Shown here piece by piece: positions 1 to 10,800 of a stretch of 45,153 bases of DNA (its first letter is position 1; each line of letters starts with the position of its first letter). This DNA comes from a virus. Taxonomy: Duplodnaviria > Caudoviricetes. The notes below the pieces were generated by a model, which saw only the letters and a list, made by a program, of their open reading frames with translations, had not been told where the DNA came from and did no database searches. The stretch is from the IMG/VR virus record IMGVR_UViG_3300037851_000618, positions 1 through 45,153 of that record; one strand, given 5' to 3'. Position numbers and translations under genes: made by a program.

Positions 1-127
1 ACGACTCTATATTTTATCAATTCTCTTACCACATCTGAATTCCCTTCTATACTTATATTCTCATTTACTCTTGTTGAAGGAGTTGTAGTTGTTAAGCTAT
101 ATCCAGACCAATTTCCGGATGAGTAAT
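1..127. repeat. Terminal direct repeat, copy 1 (circular assembly overlap)
   Basis: 1-127 is identical to 45027-45153; one ORF reads in frame across the junction. Confidence 0.97.
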
Positions 128-2024
128 TATAAATTTGCAAAGAAGCACCCGTTGAACCAGTGTACCATATATTAAATGTCATGTTTTTAACTAAAAGTGA
201 AGGTGTAGATGTTTCTTTAGTGACTACACTCCAATAAATACTGGACGGATTCAACATACACGCGTAGGTAGTAATATCATCATCCATAGCTTGAGATTCA
301 TTTATAACACCACCTGCATAAGGTCCATATGTTCCGAGTGGTTCACCACCTGTAGCTGATCTGTATTGTTGTGTATAGTATGTGTTATAGTCATTGATAT
401 ATTCAGACCATTGTTCACCTGAAGGATTAAAATTCATATTAAATGTTGCATTTTTGACCGTTTGATTGACTGCATTTATGTAAAATGTATTAGATGTATT
501 TCCAAAAGAGAATGTCATATAGTATGTTTCATTATTGGTGGTGGTTCGATTATTATAAAAGTCATTACCTGTAAGATACATACCTGTAAGATTTTTAGTG
601 GTGAATAGTCTAGTATTATTAATATAAACAGTCACATTGAGAGCCTTATTTAAACCATTCAACATTAGATGTGCATAGTTTATCTCATCGAAAGTGTGAA
701 AAGTTAGATTTATTGTTCTATTGAATGAGGTAGCGAGAGATGATTTATTCCATAGCATAGCTTCCTCATATATCCATGACGTGCAACTACCACCAACACA
801 ACTCCCAATATTTTTCCACTCCGTTGAATTCCAACAATCCCATGTTATAGTACCGACACCAATAGCTACAGGCTGAGCTACTATTCTAAATGATAAAAAT
901 GTATCACTAAAACTCCAGCATAAAGAGTCGATATTTAAATATGATGTCTGTCCGAAATCGGGAGATGACTTAACTTTCCATAAAGATGTCGGTTCTGCAG
1001 CTGGAGGTTTTGTATAATTTATATAAATAAACGAATTTACTCCATACCCACCTGTAGCAAAGCCAAAAGTATCAAAATTACCATCATAAATATTCGGTGT
1101 ACCATCCCACGAACCGGATGTCAAATAACTACCATTATATATTAACTCTTCACCGTCATTTCCGCCTTGATTGGTAACATTTGCAGATTCTTGATAAACA
1201 AACCCGTAAGTGGATGAGAAATTCATCAATCCTAAAGTCGAATTTTCTGATACCATAAGATAAGTAATATTTAAAATGCCTGTCGAGCAAGTATAATTAA
1301 TTCCTTCGTAGGGTTGGTTTGTATCTAAACATACTGTAACAGGAACAGTAACACCACTATCTGTAACGTTAATAAAGATGGTGACATTATAACCATGCTC
1401 GAAACTTCTGTTGGTGAGTAATTGATCAATAGTAAATGCTGTATTCAATGAGGTGGTTACAGGATCGAATAATCTATTATTTAATAGAAAATAATCCGAA
1501 GCTATAGGATATTTTACCGTTAAAGTTCCTGTTGAAGATAATGTGGCACTGCTATAGCCTGTATCCCAAATAACGGTAACTTTGCCTAAGCTAAATTTAT
1601 TGCCTGTAAGCGTTTTAGCAGTGCCACTATAATTAAGCTTTACTACATATCTATATTCCAAGCCTTTTGCTCCGAATATTTCTATTCTATGGTTTATAGG
1701 AAAATTCTCTAATTCGTTATTCAAAGCATCAAATGTATATGTATCCTTAATATATGGTTTACCATACGAGCTATTTCTAGTTATAATAGTTGTATTGCCT
1801 ACAATAGTTTGTATATTACTGCTGATTCTGCTTACGGATTTACTTTTATTGTATAGGTAATTATACTCCGTTGCACCCAATATCCATTTACCTGATTCAT
1901 TATAATATAAGGCAGTAGAACCGGCATTTACCTGTATTTTGACTTCTGTGCCTAATTGAACATAGACATAACTAGCCATGACTACTACCATTAAAAATCC
2001 TATTAAATAGGTTTTCTTCGCCAT
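1..2024 (-). CDS. 5' part of a 1127-aa signal-anchored, sequon-rich tail-region protein; continues across the circular junction into 45026..43667
   Basis: ATG at 2024 preceded by GGTGA RBS. N-terminus MAKKTYLIGFLMVVVMASYVYV is hydrophobic. I read the frame from 2024 to 1 and found no stop; it is in frame with ORF 43667..45058. Confidence 0.9.
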   Translation of the reverse strand, partial: MAKKTYLIGFLMVVVMASYVYVQLGTEVKIQVNAGSTALYYNESGKWILGATEYNYLYNKSKSVSRISSNIQTIVGNTTIITRNSSYGKPYIKDTYTFDALNNELENFPINHRIEIFGAKGLEYRYVVKLNYSGTAKTLTGNKFSLGKVTVIWDTGYSSATLSSTGTLTVKYPIASDYFLLNNRLFDPVTTSLNTAFTIDQLLTNRSFEHGYNVTIFINVTDSGVTVPVTVCLDTNQPYEGINYTCSTGILNITYLMVSENSTLGLMNFSSTYGFVYQESANVTNQGGNDGEELIYNGSYLTSGSWDGTPNIYDGNFDTFGFATGGYGVNSFIYINYTKPPAAEPTSLWKVKSSPDFGQTSYLNIDSLCWSFSDTFLSFRIVAQPVAIGVGTITWDCWNSTEWKNIGSCVGGSCTSWIYEEAMLWNKSSLATSFNRTINLTFHTFDEINYAHLMLNGLNKALNVTVYINNTRLFTTKNLTGMYLTGNDFYNNRTTTNNETYYMTFSFGNTSNTFYINAVNQTVKNATFNMNFNPSGEQWSEYINDYNTYYTQQYRSATGGEPLGTYGPYAGGVINESQAMDDDITTYACMLNPSSIYWSVVTKETSTPSLLVKNMTFNIWYTGSTGASLQIYNYSSGNWSGYSLTTTTPSTRVNENISIEGNSDVVRELIKYRV

Positions 2025-2032
2025 TATTTCAC

Positions 2033-2803
2033 CTAAGTTAAATTAACACCCGGAGTTAAAGAAACCTGTATCTTCATAACTTCAGGAATAATACTATCTT
2101 CAGCTACCTCATCTATTTTAATTCTATCTGTATTAACTACCTTCACCAAAGCATTTGGAACAAGTGCCTGTAAAGTAGCTTCCGATTTACATTTATAGGC
2201 ATTTCCTAATAGATCGAATGAATTAGCCAATGTAAATATAGAAGCATCTGTAGAAGTACCTCTTACCATTATAAATGTACCACCTGCTTCTATAAGATAC
2301 CTAATCATTTCGGCATAGTGCCATGCCGGATGAATAACATCCACACCCGAAGTATGTGAAGCTGCTGTCGTTCCTAAACATCCACGAACACAACCAGTTA
2401 TAGTATTGGAAGATTTACCTGTGTATTTAATCAATTCTTCGTCTATTTTTATATAAGATGGCTTACTTGTGCTTGCGTTATCAAGTGTTGTTCCATCGGT
2501 AACCACTATGGAAGTTGCCGAAGCATTTATAGTGCCATTTAGAGTTGTTTTAGTAAAATCTGTAAGGTTGCCTTGAACATCATAATAAGGTAAAACTCTC
2601 AATAAATCCAATATTCTGACATCTCTAGGTCCAGAAGCCTGTTTTTGAGAAGATTGTGGTATGACTATTGTATTAATCTTCTTATTTTCTATATATGAAA
2701 CTGATGTAGTTTCTATCTCTACTCTACGAATATTGGCTGTAGAAATAGAGCCACTACTAGTCGATTCCACTATTGCATGAATTAAAAATACATTTGAACC
2801 CAT
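2033..2803 (-). CDS. Putative distal tail protein with inserted beta-rich module
   Basis: Immediately downstream of the tape-measure gene; ATG 2803 after AGGTGA; carries the 'IDxExIxYTG...TGCxRG.LGT.AASH' module also in 6800..7801. Confidence 0.5.
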   Translation of the reverse strand: MGSNVFLIHAIVESTSSGSISTANIRRVEIETTSVSYIENKKINTIVIPQSSQKQASGPRDVRILDLLRVLPYYDVQGNLTDFTKTTLNGTINASATSIVVTDGTTLDNASTSKPSYIKIDEELIKYTGKSSNTITGCVRGCLGTTAASHTSGVDVIHPAWHYAEMIRYLIEAGGTFIMVRGTSTDASIFTLANSFDLLGNAYKCKSEATLQALVPNALVKVVNTDRIKIDEVAEDSIIPEVMKIQVSLTPGVNLT

Positions 2804-2812
2804 TTTAATCAC

Positions 2813-3757
2813 CTATGAAAATTTACTTTGTCTTACCGATGAAACTAATTTATCATTGGATTCACTTACAACCCTCTTTAGATCATCTGTCGTATAACCA
2901 TTATAATAATTATTCTGAATTATAGGTTCTGCTTGTTTTGGTGATGGTGTATATGTAGAGGGTGCTGAAGCAAAAACTTGTCCAGAGGATGGAACTGATG
3001 TCGATGTAATAGGTCCACTAATAGGACTAAATCCGGGTGGAATAATTGCCAAAGGCAAACCGAATGGTAAAGCTCCACCGCCTATTAAATTCATAAAAGG
3101 TCCGAATATACTATTAAAAAGATTTAATATCCTTTGTCCGAATGGAACTAAAAGAGCCCATATTTTATCCAGAACAGGCGTGACCATATCCTTTAATTGA
3201 ATAATTAATTCATAGGGTTTTCGTACCAACATATCAATAAAATTCATCATTTTTGAAAATTGTGTAGTTATAACCGCGAAAGCGGATTGAGCAGCACTAG
3301 CCAATGATTGAAAAATAGGAGATAAACTAATATTGACACCCAACTGTTTCAACGCGAACAACACTAATCCAATCTGTCCTATCCATACTGCAACTTGTCC
3401 TGCTAAACGACCTATACCTGCTAGAGAGCCGAGAAATGCTTGAGTGCCTTCATCGGCATCTAAAATAGCCAAGCCTAAATCATTATAAAATGTTGTCAAA
3501 GGATCAAACCCTTCTACAGCTAAAATTTGAGCAGCAGCATTGAGTATATCTGTTGTTCCTGTTAATTCCATTGACGCATCAGTAACAGCCTGTAATTGTC
3601 TTTGAAGAGCCATACCAGCGAACATTACAGAGAGTAATTCTCCATGAAATCTTCGGAGCCCTTTAGTATTCTTATCTATATTTTTTACTGATTTTTGTAA
3701 ATCCTTATCATCTACCTTTACCTTTACTCTTACTACATGCTCTTTACTTTCTGCCAT
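2813..3757 (-). CDS. Putative short tape measure protein (314 aa)
   Basis: Follows tail tube and chaperone-like genes; basic N-terminus (VRVKVKVDDK), Ala/Gly/Leu-rich helical and hydrophobic core, C-terminal IIQNNYY motif. Confidence 0.65.
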   Translation of the reverse strand: MAESKEHVVRVKVKVDDKDLQKSVKNIDKNTKGLRRFHGELLSVMFAGMALQRQLQAVTDASMELTGTTDILNAAAQILAVEGFDPLTTFYNDLGLAILDADEGTQAFLGSLAGIGRLAGQVAVWIGQIGLVLFALKQLGVNISLSPIFQSLASAAQSAFAVITTQFSKMMNFIDMLVRKPYELIIQLKDMVTPVLDKIWALLVPFGQRILNLFNSIFGPFMNLIGGGALPFGLPLAIIPPGFSPISGPITSTSVPSSGQVFASAPSTYTPSPKQAEPIIQNNYYNGYTTDDLKRVVSESNDKLVSSVRQSKFS

Positions 3758-3962
3758 ATTTACCCCTCATCTTTTCTGTGGCTTTTTCCTTAGCTTCAAA
3801 ATCCTTATTTATCTGCTCAAGAAGGTTATTCACAGTTGAAATAGGTAGTTTTTTGTATTCTTCAAAAGGAATCCAACCATACTGTAACATTAATATATGG
3901 TGTTTTCTTATGACATACTCAGCATCTATAGATTTTTTTTTGAATTTATCTACAAATTTCAT
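3744..3962 (-). CDS. Tail assembly chaperone-like protein (gpT-like)
   Basis: Small gene directly before the TMP; 'YGWIPFEEYKKLP' resembles the G-W-x-EE-x-x-LP pattern of such chaperones. Confidence 0.5.
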   Translation of the reverse strand: MKFVDKFKKKSIDAEYVIRKHHILMLQYGWIPFEEYKKLPISTVNNLLEQINKDFEAKEKATEKMRGKYGRK

Positions 3963-3967
3963 TTAAA

Positions 3968-4327
3968 CTACCTTTTAATCTTCTTAGCCCCCATATCATT
4001 TATTCCAAACATAGCCATAATTATTGGATATAAATTATCTTCTACAAATGTTTGCTTCTCTCTATCAGACAATTCACTGAAATCTTCTGTATCAGTGGTC
4101 ATTAAACCTAAATGTATTGCAGATTCTAAAGACTCCTGACTTAATTTTGGTGTACCGTTTGTTCCCAATTCATTTGCTAATCTCAAAAGCTCGGGTTCTT
4201 TCTCTATTGGTAACTGTTTTATCTTGAATGTATCTATAGAGCCATCTGCATTCTCTAACTCCAAAAATCCTCCATGGTTGAAATGTCGTTTTATCTTTTC
4301 ATATTGTTCGCTATTCATACTATTCAC
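3968..4327 (-). CDS. Tail assembly chaperone-like protein (gpG-like)
   Basis: Position between tube and TMP; size; 'FKIKQLP' motif. Confidence 0.45.
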   Translation of the reverse strand: MNSMNSEQYEKIKRHFNHGGFLELENADGSIDTFKIKQLPIEKEPELLRLANELGTNGTPKLSQESLESAIHLGLMTTDTEDFSELSDREKQTFVEDNLYPIIMAMFGINDMGAKKIKR

Positions 4328-4629
4328 CCTCTAAAATCGTTCAAAGCTGGATTGTTTGCAAGTGCCCGGAGAGCTATTCTTGCATCATCTCCATAGAACG
4401 AATCATTATCATATATCATAATAAGTATATTTCGGAGAGTCCTATAAAAATTATATAATCGGGTATCGTTAAAATGCTGATATTTAGCTATAATAGGGTC
4501 AAGAGATGAAGCAAATATCTTGGACTCCTTATATTGGGGTATGACATCATTCTCGAATTGTTCGCCTATTTCTGCCATAATTTCTAATATAAGCGGTTTT
4601 ATGTCATTATCCATTACTTGTCTGTCCAT
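4324..4629 (-). CDS. Hypothetical protein
   Basis: 101-aa ORF overlapping both neighbours in the tail operon. Confidence 0.6.
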   Translation of the reverse strand: MDRQVMDNDIKPLILEIMAEIGEQFENDVIPQYKESKIFASSLDPIIAKYQHFNDTRLYNFYRTLRNILIMIYDNDSFYGDDARIALRALANNPALNDFRG

Positions 4630-4921
4630 TTTTAATCAACTCTTTTCCTGATAATAACCTGATTGTGACTGGTTTATCTTCGGATATTGGCTGTTCCAAT
4701 GCTTGAATTCTTTTTTCATGATCTAAAACTACTTCTGTCATAAGCTGTTTCAGTAGTTTCCACTCGTGAAATATATGAGTAAAAGCCATGCCATAATCAT
4801 CGGAAAACTCATTAAGAGCTATCTCTATAAATTCTCGCTTAGTTGGCTGAGGAATTCTGCTAAAATATATAGTTTCTGAATTCTTCTGCAACTGCTCTTT
4901 CGCCTTCTCGATGACTGACAT
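4607..4921 (-). CDS. Hypothetical protein with coiled coil
   Basis: GGTGA RBS; LDHEKRIQALE coiled coil. Confidence 0.65.
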   Translation of the reverse strand: MSVIEKAKEQLQKNSETIYFSRIPQPTKREFIEIALNEFSDDYGMAFTHIFHEWKLLKQLMTEVVLDHEKRIQALEQPISEDKPVTIRLLSGKELIKNGQTSNG

Positions 4922-4930
4922 AGTTTCACC

Positions 4931-5521
4931 TTAACTGGCTGTATAAGTTGTCAAAGCACTTAGAGCCGTGTTTTCTGCTTCGATTGATACTATATTGCCT
5001 GTTCCTGCCTTGTTGAATGGTGCAACCTTGAATTTGAAGGTACATTTTAAAATACCATCCGTAAAGCTTCTTTTCATAGACACAAGATCAGCATTTATGC
5101 AATACCATCTAAATGAGTTTGTTGAAGCTGCTGTTGAACCATCTCCTGTTGTAGCCGATGTATCATCTGTCCACGTTATAGCCACTCTGAATCGCAGTCT
5201 GGCTCGACTTGATGTTACACTAAATGGTTCTGAAACTGCTGTTGCATCACCATAGAAATACTGATCAAGACCTGTAGCTTGATTTGTATTTGCCGGAGTA
5301 TTGCCGACTGGGTATCCTTCAAAGGTTATTACTGTTTCTGCTTGTGGTATCTTTTTTCTTATTCTTCCGCCTGTTACACTTGCAATATATTCAACATCCT
5401 TATCTCCTTCATCTATGTCAATAGTTTCTATCATAGTATGGAAGGTTAATGATGCTGCTCCTGATTTTGCTATGGACACGAGTGCGGTCTCGGACCACGA
5501 ATCTGGGAATGTTATAGCCAT
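4931..5521 (-). CDS. Major tail tube protein (putative)
   Basis: 196 aa, beta-rich and Thr/Ser-rich, GAGGTG RBS, typical position after neck genes; no sheath gene recognised. Confidence 0.65.
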   Translation of the reverse strand: MAITFPDSWSETALVSIAKSGAASLTFHTMIETIDIDEGDKDVEYIASVTGGRIRKKIPQAETVITFEGYPVGNTPANTNQATGLDQYFYGDATAVSEPFSVTSSRARLRFRVAITWTDDTSATTGDGSTAASTNSFRWYCINADLVSMKRSFTDGILKCTFKFKVAPFNKAGTGNIVSIEAENTALSALTTYTAS

Positions 5522-5523
5522 AT

Positions 5524-5760
5524 TTATACACCTCGTTTATTTTTTGGCTCTTCTATCTTTTCTACTTTAAATCTGGGTTCACTGGAAGGGTAATCACAAC
5601 TTACAACGCTTTCACCCGGCTTTAAAACATGACAACGATTTGTAATCGTAGTTATATAGGTATCTATACCTGTTATTATTTTTGATTTAGTTTCAGTCTT
5701 ACCATCACTAGCTTCAAAGCTCAATGTTTGATCTTTAGTCATATTTGTTATCTTATACAT
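5524..5760 (-). CDS. Hypothetical small virion-module protein
   Basis: TAATG-coupled ORF in the tail operon. Confidence 0.6.
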   Translation of the reverse strand: MYKITNMTKDQTLSFEASDGKTETKSKIITGIDTYITTITNRCHVLKPGESVVSCDYPSSEPRFKVEKIEEPKNKRGV

Positions 5761-6236
5761 TATGAATTCCTCACTACACTACCGATATTTTCATCTATTA
5801 TAGAAAATATCTTTGGAAAAGATGCTTCTATACCTCTTTCTATAAAGTCATTTGGATTAGTTCCCTTCAACATGACTGTCCGTATAGCTGCCAAAGGGTT
5901 TCTTGATTTTTGCATAGCCCATAACCATAATCTTGTATCTTCAGATTTCTCCCATTTTTTAAGTGACCAACTTGGATCGTGTGGAGGAGTTCCATAAGCT
6001 ATTGCCCTCGCATAACCCATCATAGATATTAATATATCGTCATCAACGGTATTTACTCTCATATTACTTTTTAATTCTCCTCTCCAAAAAGGTGTTTGAC
6101 CACGAATATTTCTTTTGAGTATGATACCCGATTGATTTCTACCCTTTCTCATAGCTTTAGGTATTCCTTGTATTGATAATCCTCTATAAGATTTCTCCAA
6201 ATTATACATTCCAGATACGTTAATAGTTACTTTCAT
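5760..6236 (-). CDS. HK97 gp10-like neck/tail completion protein
   Basis: 'TPFWRGELKSNM', 'YARAIAYGTPPH' and 'GTNPNDFIERG' match the gp10-like pattern (P..TG.L..S, YA..VE.GT, G....PF...A). Confidence 0.75.
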   Translation of the reverse strand: MKVTINVSGMYNLEKSYRGLSIQGIPKAMRKGRNQSGIILKRNIRGQTPFWRGELKSNMRVNTVDDDILISMMGYARAIAYGTPPHDPSWSLKKWEKSEDTRLWLWAMQKSRNPLAAIRTVMLKGTNPNDFIERGIEASFPKIFSIIDENIGSVVRNS

Positions 6237-6715
6237 TATGCTCCACCTGTGAATTCATGCACTACATCCAAGTCCATTGTATATATAGGCACATTATTAC
6301 TATCCAATATGAAATTAAGATTGGCGGTTTCTATACGACACCACACTAAATGAGCTCCTACAAAGTTAGAAGTTCTCTCATTGGTAATTATAACTTTCCT
6401 CACTAAATCGGTAATTTGCCGGATATTAGCTTCTCTCCGACTAACTATCTCCACAGAGCTATGTATCTCAACCCTTCGTTTAGTTATGGTTAAACGCCTT
6501 TCATGAACCTCTCCAGAGTGAACTATGACATAATTCTCGGCTGTGCCTTTTTGTATCTCTTTGGGTATGCCATCAACGATCTTTAAATCTGCTAAAGTAG
6601 TTACAACAGTTTCGCCTGCCTTAGACCTAATGCTTACAGAAGTAGTATCAGCCCTTAATAGTGCAACTATCCTCGATTGCACCTCATCTATTAACGTTCC
6701 GTATGTTATTGCCAT
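6236..6715 (-). CDS. Putative tail terminator / neck protein
   Basis: Position between adaptor and gp10-like genes; likely ATG at 6715 (MAITYG). Confidence 0.5.
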   Translation of the reverse strand: MAITYGTLIDEVQSRIVALLRADTTSVSIRSKAGETVVTTLADLKIVDGIPKEIQKGTAENYVIVHSGEVHERRLTITKRRVEIHSSVEIVSRREANIRQITDLVRKVIITNERTSNFVGAHLVWCRIETANLNFILDSNNVPIYTMDLDVVHEFTGGA

Positions 6716-6785
6716 TGTTCCACCCAAAAGGGATTCTCGCTACAACTAAAGCTATAGCATTGGTATTTATAGTATCTCAAAGGCT

Positions 6786-6795
6786 GTATTTAAAG
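6786..6795 (-). promoter_or_regulatory. Putative late-arm TATA box CTTTAAATAC
   Basis: Same 10-mer (C/G at the last base) recurs at gene boundaries at 20349, 21821, 41641 and 42206. Confidence 0.6.
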
Positions 6796-6799
6796 AAAA

Positions 6800-7801
6800 T
6801 CAAACTACTAACGGTCCTTCATACTCTATTTCACCGAACAATCTTCTTATCTCATCATTTCTCGTATTATCTTTATTGATATTCTGGGCCATCAACAGAA
6901 TACATAAATGTCTTACATTTTCTGGAGGAGCTTGATAAACGGAAGCTGCACTGTTGTGAGAAGCTGCACTTGTGCCTAGAGCTCCACGAGTACAACCGGT
7001 GAAAGTGGTTGAAGTAAGACCTGTATATTCAATCCACTCTCCATCTATGATTATTGTTCCCCTAGACTTGAAGCCTGTTGTGGAAGTGACTGCTATGGTA
7101 GTGGCAGAATCGGATATGCCTGAACTTAGAGCATTTGATTGAGAAGCACCTGTTACATAAGTTATTTTAACCGTAGCAGCACCGGCTGTAAATAGGTTTA
7201 CCGCTGCATCGGTATATAACATAATATATCCATCGGAATATACCTGTATAGTTGAAGTGGAAACTGTTGAATATGTTGCTGTTGAATCACTGGGAGTTTC
7301 TCGTATAGATAAAGCAGATACGCTTTGTATATCTACATTTCTAAGAAACAATAGATCGGTTCCATCACCATCATATAATTCATCAGTATAGGTAACTGGT
7401 ACTCCCCATGTTCGTGTGGCTATTTTATCTATCTGTTGGCTAGCTCTTTTTATATGTTGAAGTAGTCCTTGGGTACTTATTTCGTTTATGGATACACCAA
7501 GAAAGTTTCTTGCTTCCTGAACAGTAGTATAGTAATTAACCGGTACATAGGTTGAATCTGCCGGAACGGAAGTAGTAGTAACCGTATAAATAACTGATAT
7601 TAATTGAGTATTCCATACAGGAACAACGAAAGTTATAGTAGTTACAGTAGTATCGGCTGCTGTATATTGAGTTGTATATGTATATAATACACCATCTACA
7701 TAGACCTCCAAATTCTCACCAATAGCTGTAAGAGCTAAAGTTCTATTTGCTGTACCATCTGTTCCTGTGCAACTTGATCCTAAAACGTCATATCTTGTCA
7801 T
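6800..7801 (-). CDS. Head-tail adaptor (gp6/gp15-like) with extra beta domains
   Basis: 'YTTVQEARNFLG...IKRASQQIDKIATR', 'KITYVTG' and 'PENVRHLCILL' are adaptor motifs; N-terminal 'LEVYVDGV' domain; internal inserted module. Confidence 0.75.
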   Translation of the reverse strand: MTRYDVLGSSCTGTDGTANRTLALTAIGENLEVYVDGVLYTYTTQYTAADTTVTTITFVVPVWNTQLISVIYTVTTTSVPADSTYVPVNYYTTVQEARNFLGVSINEISTQGLLQHIKRASQQIDKIATRTWGVPVTYTDELYDGDGTDLLFLRNVDIQSVSALSIRETPSDSTATYSTVSTSTIQVYSDGYIMLYTDAAVNLFTAGAATVKITYVTGASQSNALSSGISDSATTIAVTSTTGFKSRGTIIIDGEWIEYTGLTSTTFTGCTRGALGTSAASHNSAASVYQAPPENVRHLCILLMAQNINKDNTRNDEIRRLFGEIEYEGPLVV

Positions 7802-7843
7802 CCTGACACCTCTTTATAATATATTTATAGTTGTATTTAATGA

Positions 7844-10800
7844 TTATGTAGGTCTTAATCTTGGTGCGTATATTGAATCCAAGGACTTCCATACACCACA
7901 ATATTGAGCCCTGTTCTCAAAATCATAAGTTATATTTGAATGGGTAAATGTGATATTCCCTGCTCCGTTATAGGTTATATTCTTGACATCGTAAACTTCT
8001 CCTACTATGCTACAATTATCTGAACATTGTATAAGCCAATTCTGGTTGGCTGTTGGAGTGCAAGTATCGGCAGGTGGAGCTGGAGCTTCAACATTTGAAT
8101 AAAAATCAACTATATGTGTGGTCGCTGTTCCTGTATATGCAGGGTCTGCTTGTAAAATTGTTGTTTGTAAAATAGTTGGTGATGTAAAATTAATTACTCT
8201 TTCTGTTGCGTAATTTATAGTATCTTCTTTATGTATGAAAAACGGTACAGCTCTTGATAAATTAATCTGTGATATTGTGGTATTTATTTGACCTACATTA
8301 CCTGTTAAAGTGTAATCATACCTTGTAACATTACTTTCTGCAGTATCCATTTCCATTATCCAGAATGCGATTTCATACGAACCTGTCGATGCTTGATGTA
8401 TTTTCATATAATCTCGTGATAAGTTTAATTGTACTGCAAATGAATTGCCTGTCGTATTTCCGTTCATAATGACAAAAGCTCGGGATAAATTCTTTAAAGG
8501 CTCTATTGGAACTTCTAAATATGTTAATCCTGTAGTTCTTACTGTTTTTTGTTGAATAGATGTATTATCTTTAAATTCCACCAACTGCCAATGTATATTA
8601 GTTGGTCCATTACAAGCTGTTGTTCCTCTTGAGAAATGTATTCTTGTAGAATTTGTCATATTAGCAAAAACGAACTGACAAGTCGCTGTTAGAGCATCTT
8701 GCTCACTTGATGATACCAAAATAACACTTCTATCTGGGTTAAAGCTACCATAACCACCTATATCCAATGATATATCTCTACCAGATGAAATGGATGTAGT
8801 GCCTCTTACTACATTAACACCTGTATCAAAATCAGCCACCCAATATGATATATAAGACCAATTTATTCCTGCACCACCCAAAGCATCTTTATCTATTTGA
8901 ATTGTCGTGGCAGATGATAAATTCAATCTATATTTCAAATCTTGTGAATCTGCTGTGTATGAGAAAAGAACAGCTTTATTCGGATTTACTGAAGATATAC
9001 TATCAGTTCTCGAAACTATACTTTCTCTTGTAAAACTATGTTGTAAGGATGATAGATTAATATTTTCTGTTCCTTCTGTTACTGTGAAATTCATTTCTTG
9101 CATAAATAAAATATCTGTTGTATTGGAGTAAATACGAATCTTATTAGCTCCTATATTTGCTAAAAATGTGACATTTATATTAGGTGTGAATGAAACGTTT
9201 GGTTGGTTATTTAATTCATAGAAATATGTTGCTGTCAAACCTGTTGTAGATGAGATATATAAGCTTCTGTTTATAGTAGGATACGTTCTATTCAGTGGTG
9301 TTATTACTTGAAAATCTGCATATTGATATATGGTTCCACCTAATGTGTTCCAATTTTCTGTAGCATACATCCAAACAGCATCTACTTCTACTTGTTCAGC
9401 ATAACCCATTAGATGTATAGTTCCTTTTCTCAATGTATTGGTATCTAAACTACCACCACACCCATAATCTTTTATAAAAGTATTATTTTGCCTAAAATGT
9501 ATCGAACTATTAAGCAGTTGAAGAAATTGTGCATTTTGGTATGTTTTTAGAGTAAGAGTATAAGCACTATTTCCACAATTTACTGCTTCATTATTAATCA
9601 AATGCCTCATTGTAGGAGAGGCTGGATATGTATCCATTCCTACCCATCCAGAAGCTGCACCTCCATAAGTTTTATTTGTATATTGCCTATAGAAAAATCC
9701 TGTAGTCGAACCTGTAATACTATAAGTTCTCCATCTAACCCATGATGTATAGTTATTCCATGTAGTATAAGGAGCATTTGAATTATTTGAAATAGTATAT
9801 TCTGTTGCTGTTGTAATTGAGAGATTACAAGCACCACTATTACAAGTATTAGCATAAGATTGACTAAAACGAGTCCAATTATAGTTACCCGATTCTGTTC
9901 TGTTATCATACATATTGTTATCTGTAAAGTTGTCTAGGAATATATACATATTTCTATGACCTAAATCTAATACCCTTGGTGTTATTTTACTATTATTGTT
10001 ATAATATATGTATCCTATTGTAGCATTACTATTAGCCGTTATATTTTCAACCTTTATTCTAACAATACATTGTGTTGTGCCACTGGGTGTTACATTGAAA
10101 AATAAAGCACCGTTATCAGAAGCATTAGATACATCTATACCTGAACAATCTCTGCCATAGTTTCCATTGTGAGTTAAATTTACAACTATTAAATCAGTAG
10201 ACCTAAAAACACCTATATTCTCTGAAAATTGAACCATGACTTTATTTAGATAAGAAACATTCCACCATACGAAATATTTTTCCAAGTCAATACCGCCTAT
10301 TAGTGGGGATATATCAGCACTGAATAAACCCAAATTTCCCTTTTTATTAGACTTTACTATTATTGTATAATTCCGATTAGCCTCATAAGTATATTTGTTA
10401 AAGGTTAAAGGCGAATCTGCATTATATTCAACATTATAGTAATCAGTAACATAAGTTTCATTACAGGATTGAATAGGTGAGCCATTTATGACTGATATTA
10501 ATTCTGTATAACTTTTACACCCATAATTAGGATAGGAAACATTAACTTTATTTCTCATATAAACGGTTGTATTTATAGAGATATTAGTAAATACTTTACT
10601 TAACCAATTATAGTTATCATCATTATTCAGTGTTATTTTCTTATATGTTAAAAACCTAAATTCTGCATCAAAATTAGTAACACCCTGTTCTAAATTTACT
10701 AATTGTAATTCTGCAACCTTTCCCTGATTGTTGCTTATACTAACTGTCTTTGTAGTTTTATCATAATCGATAACAGATTCAAATACAGGGTCTAATACTA

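Noticed and set aside
3955-4000. Programmed -1 frameshift between tail chaperone genes
   Set aside because: No clear XXXYYYZ slippery site, and the downstream ORF has its own ATG and RBS-like AGGT
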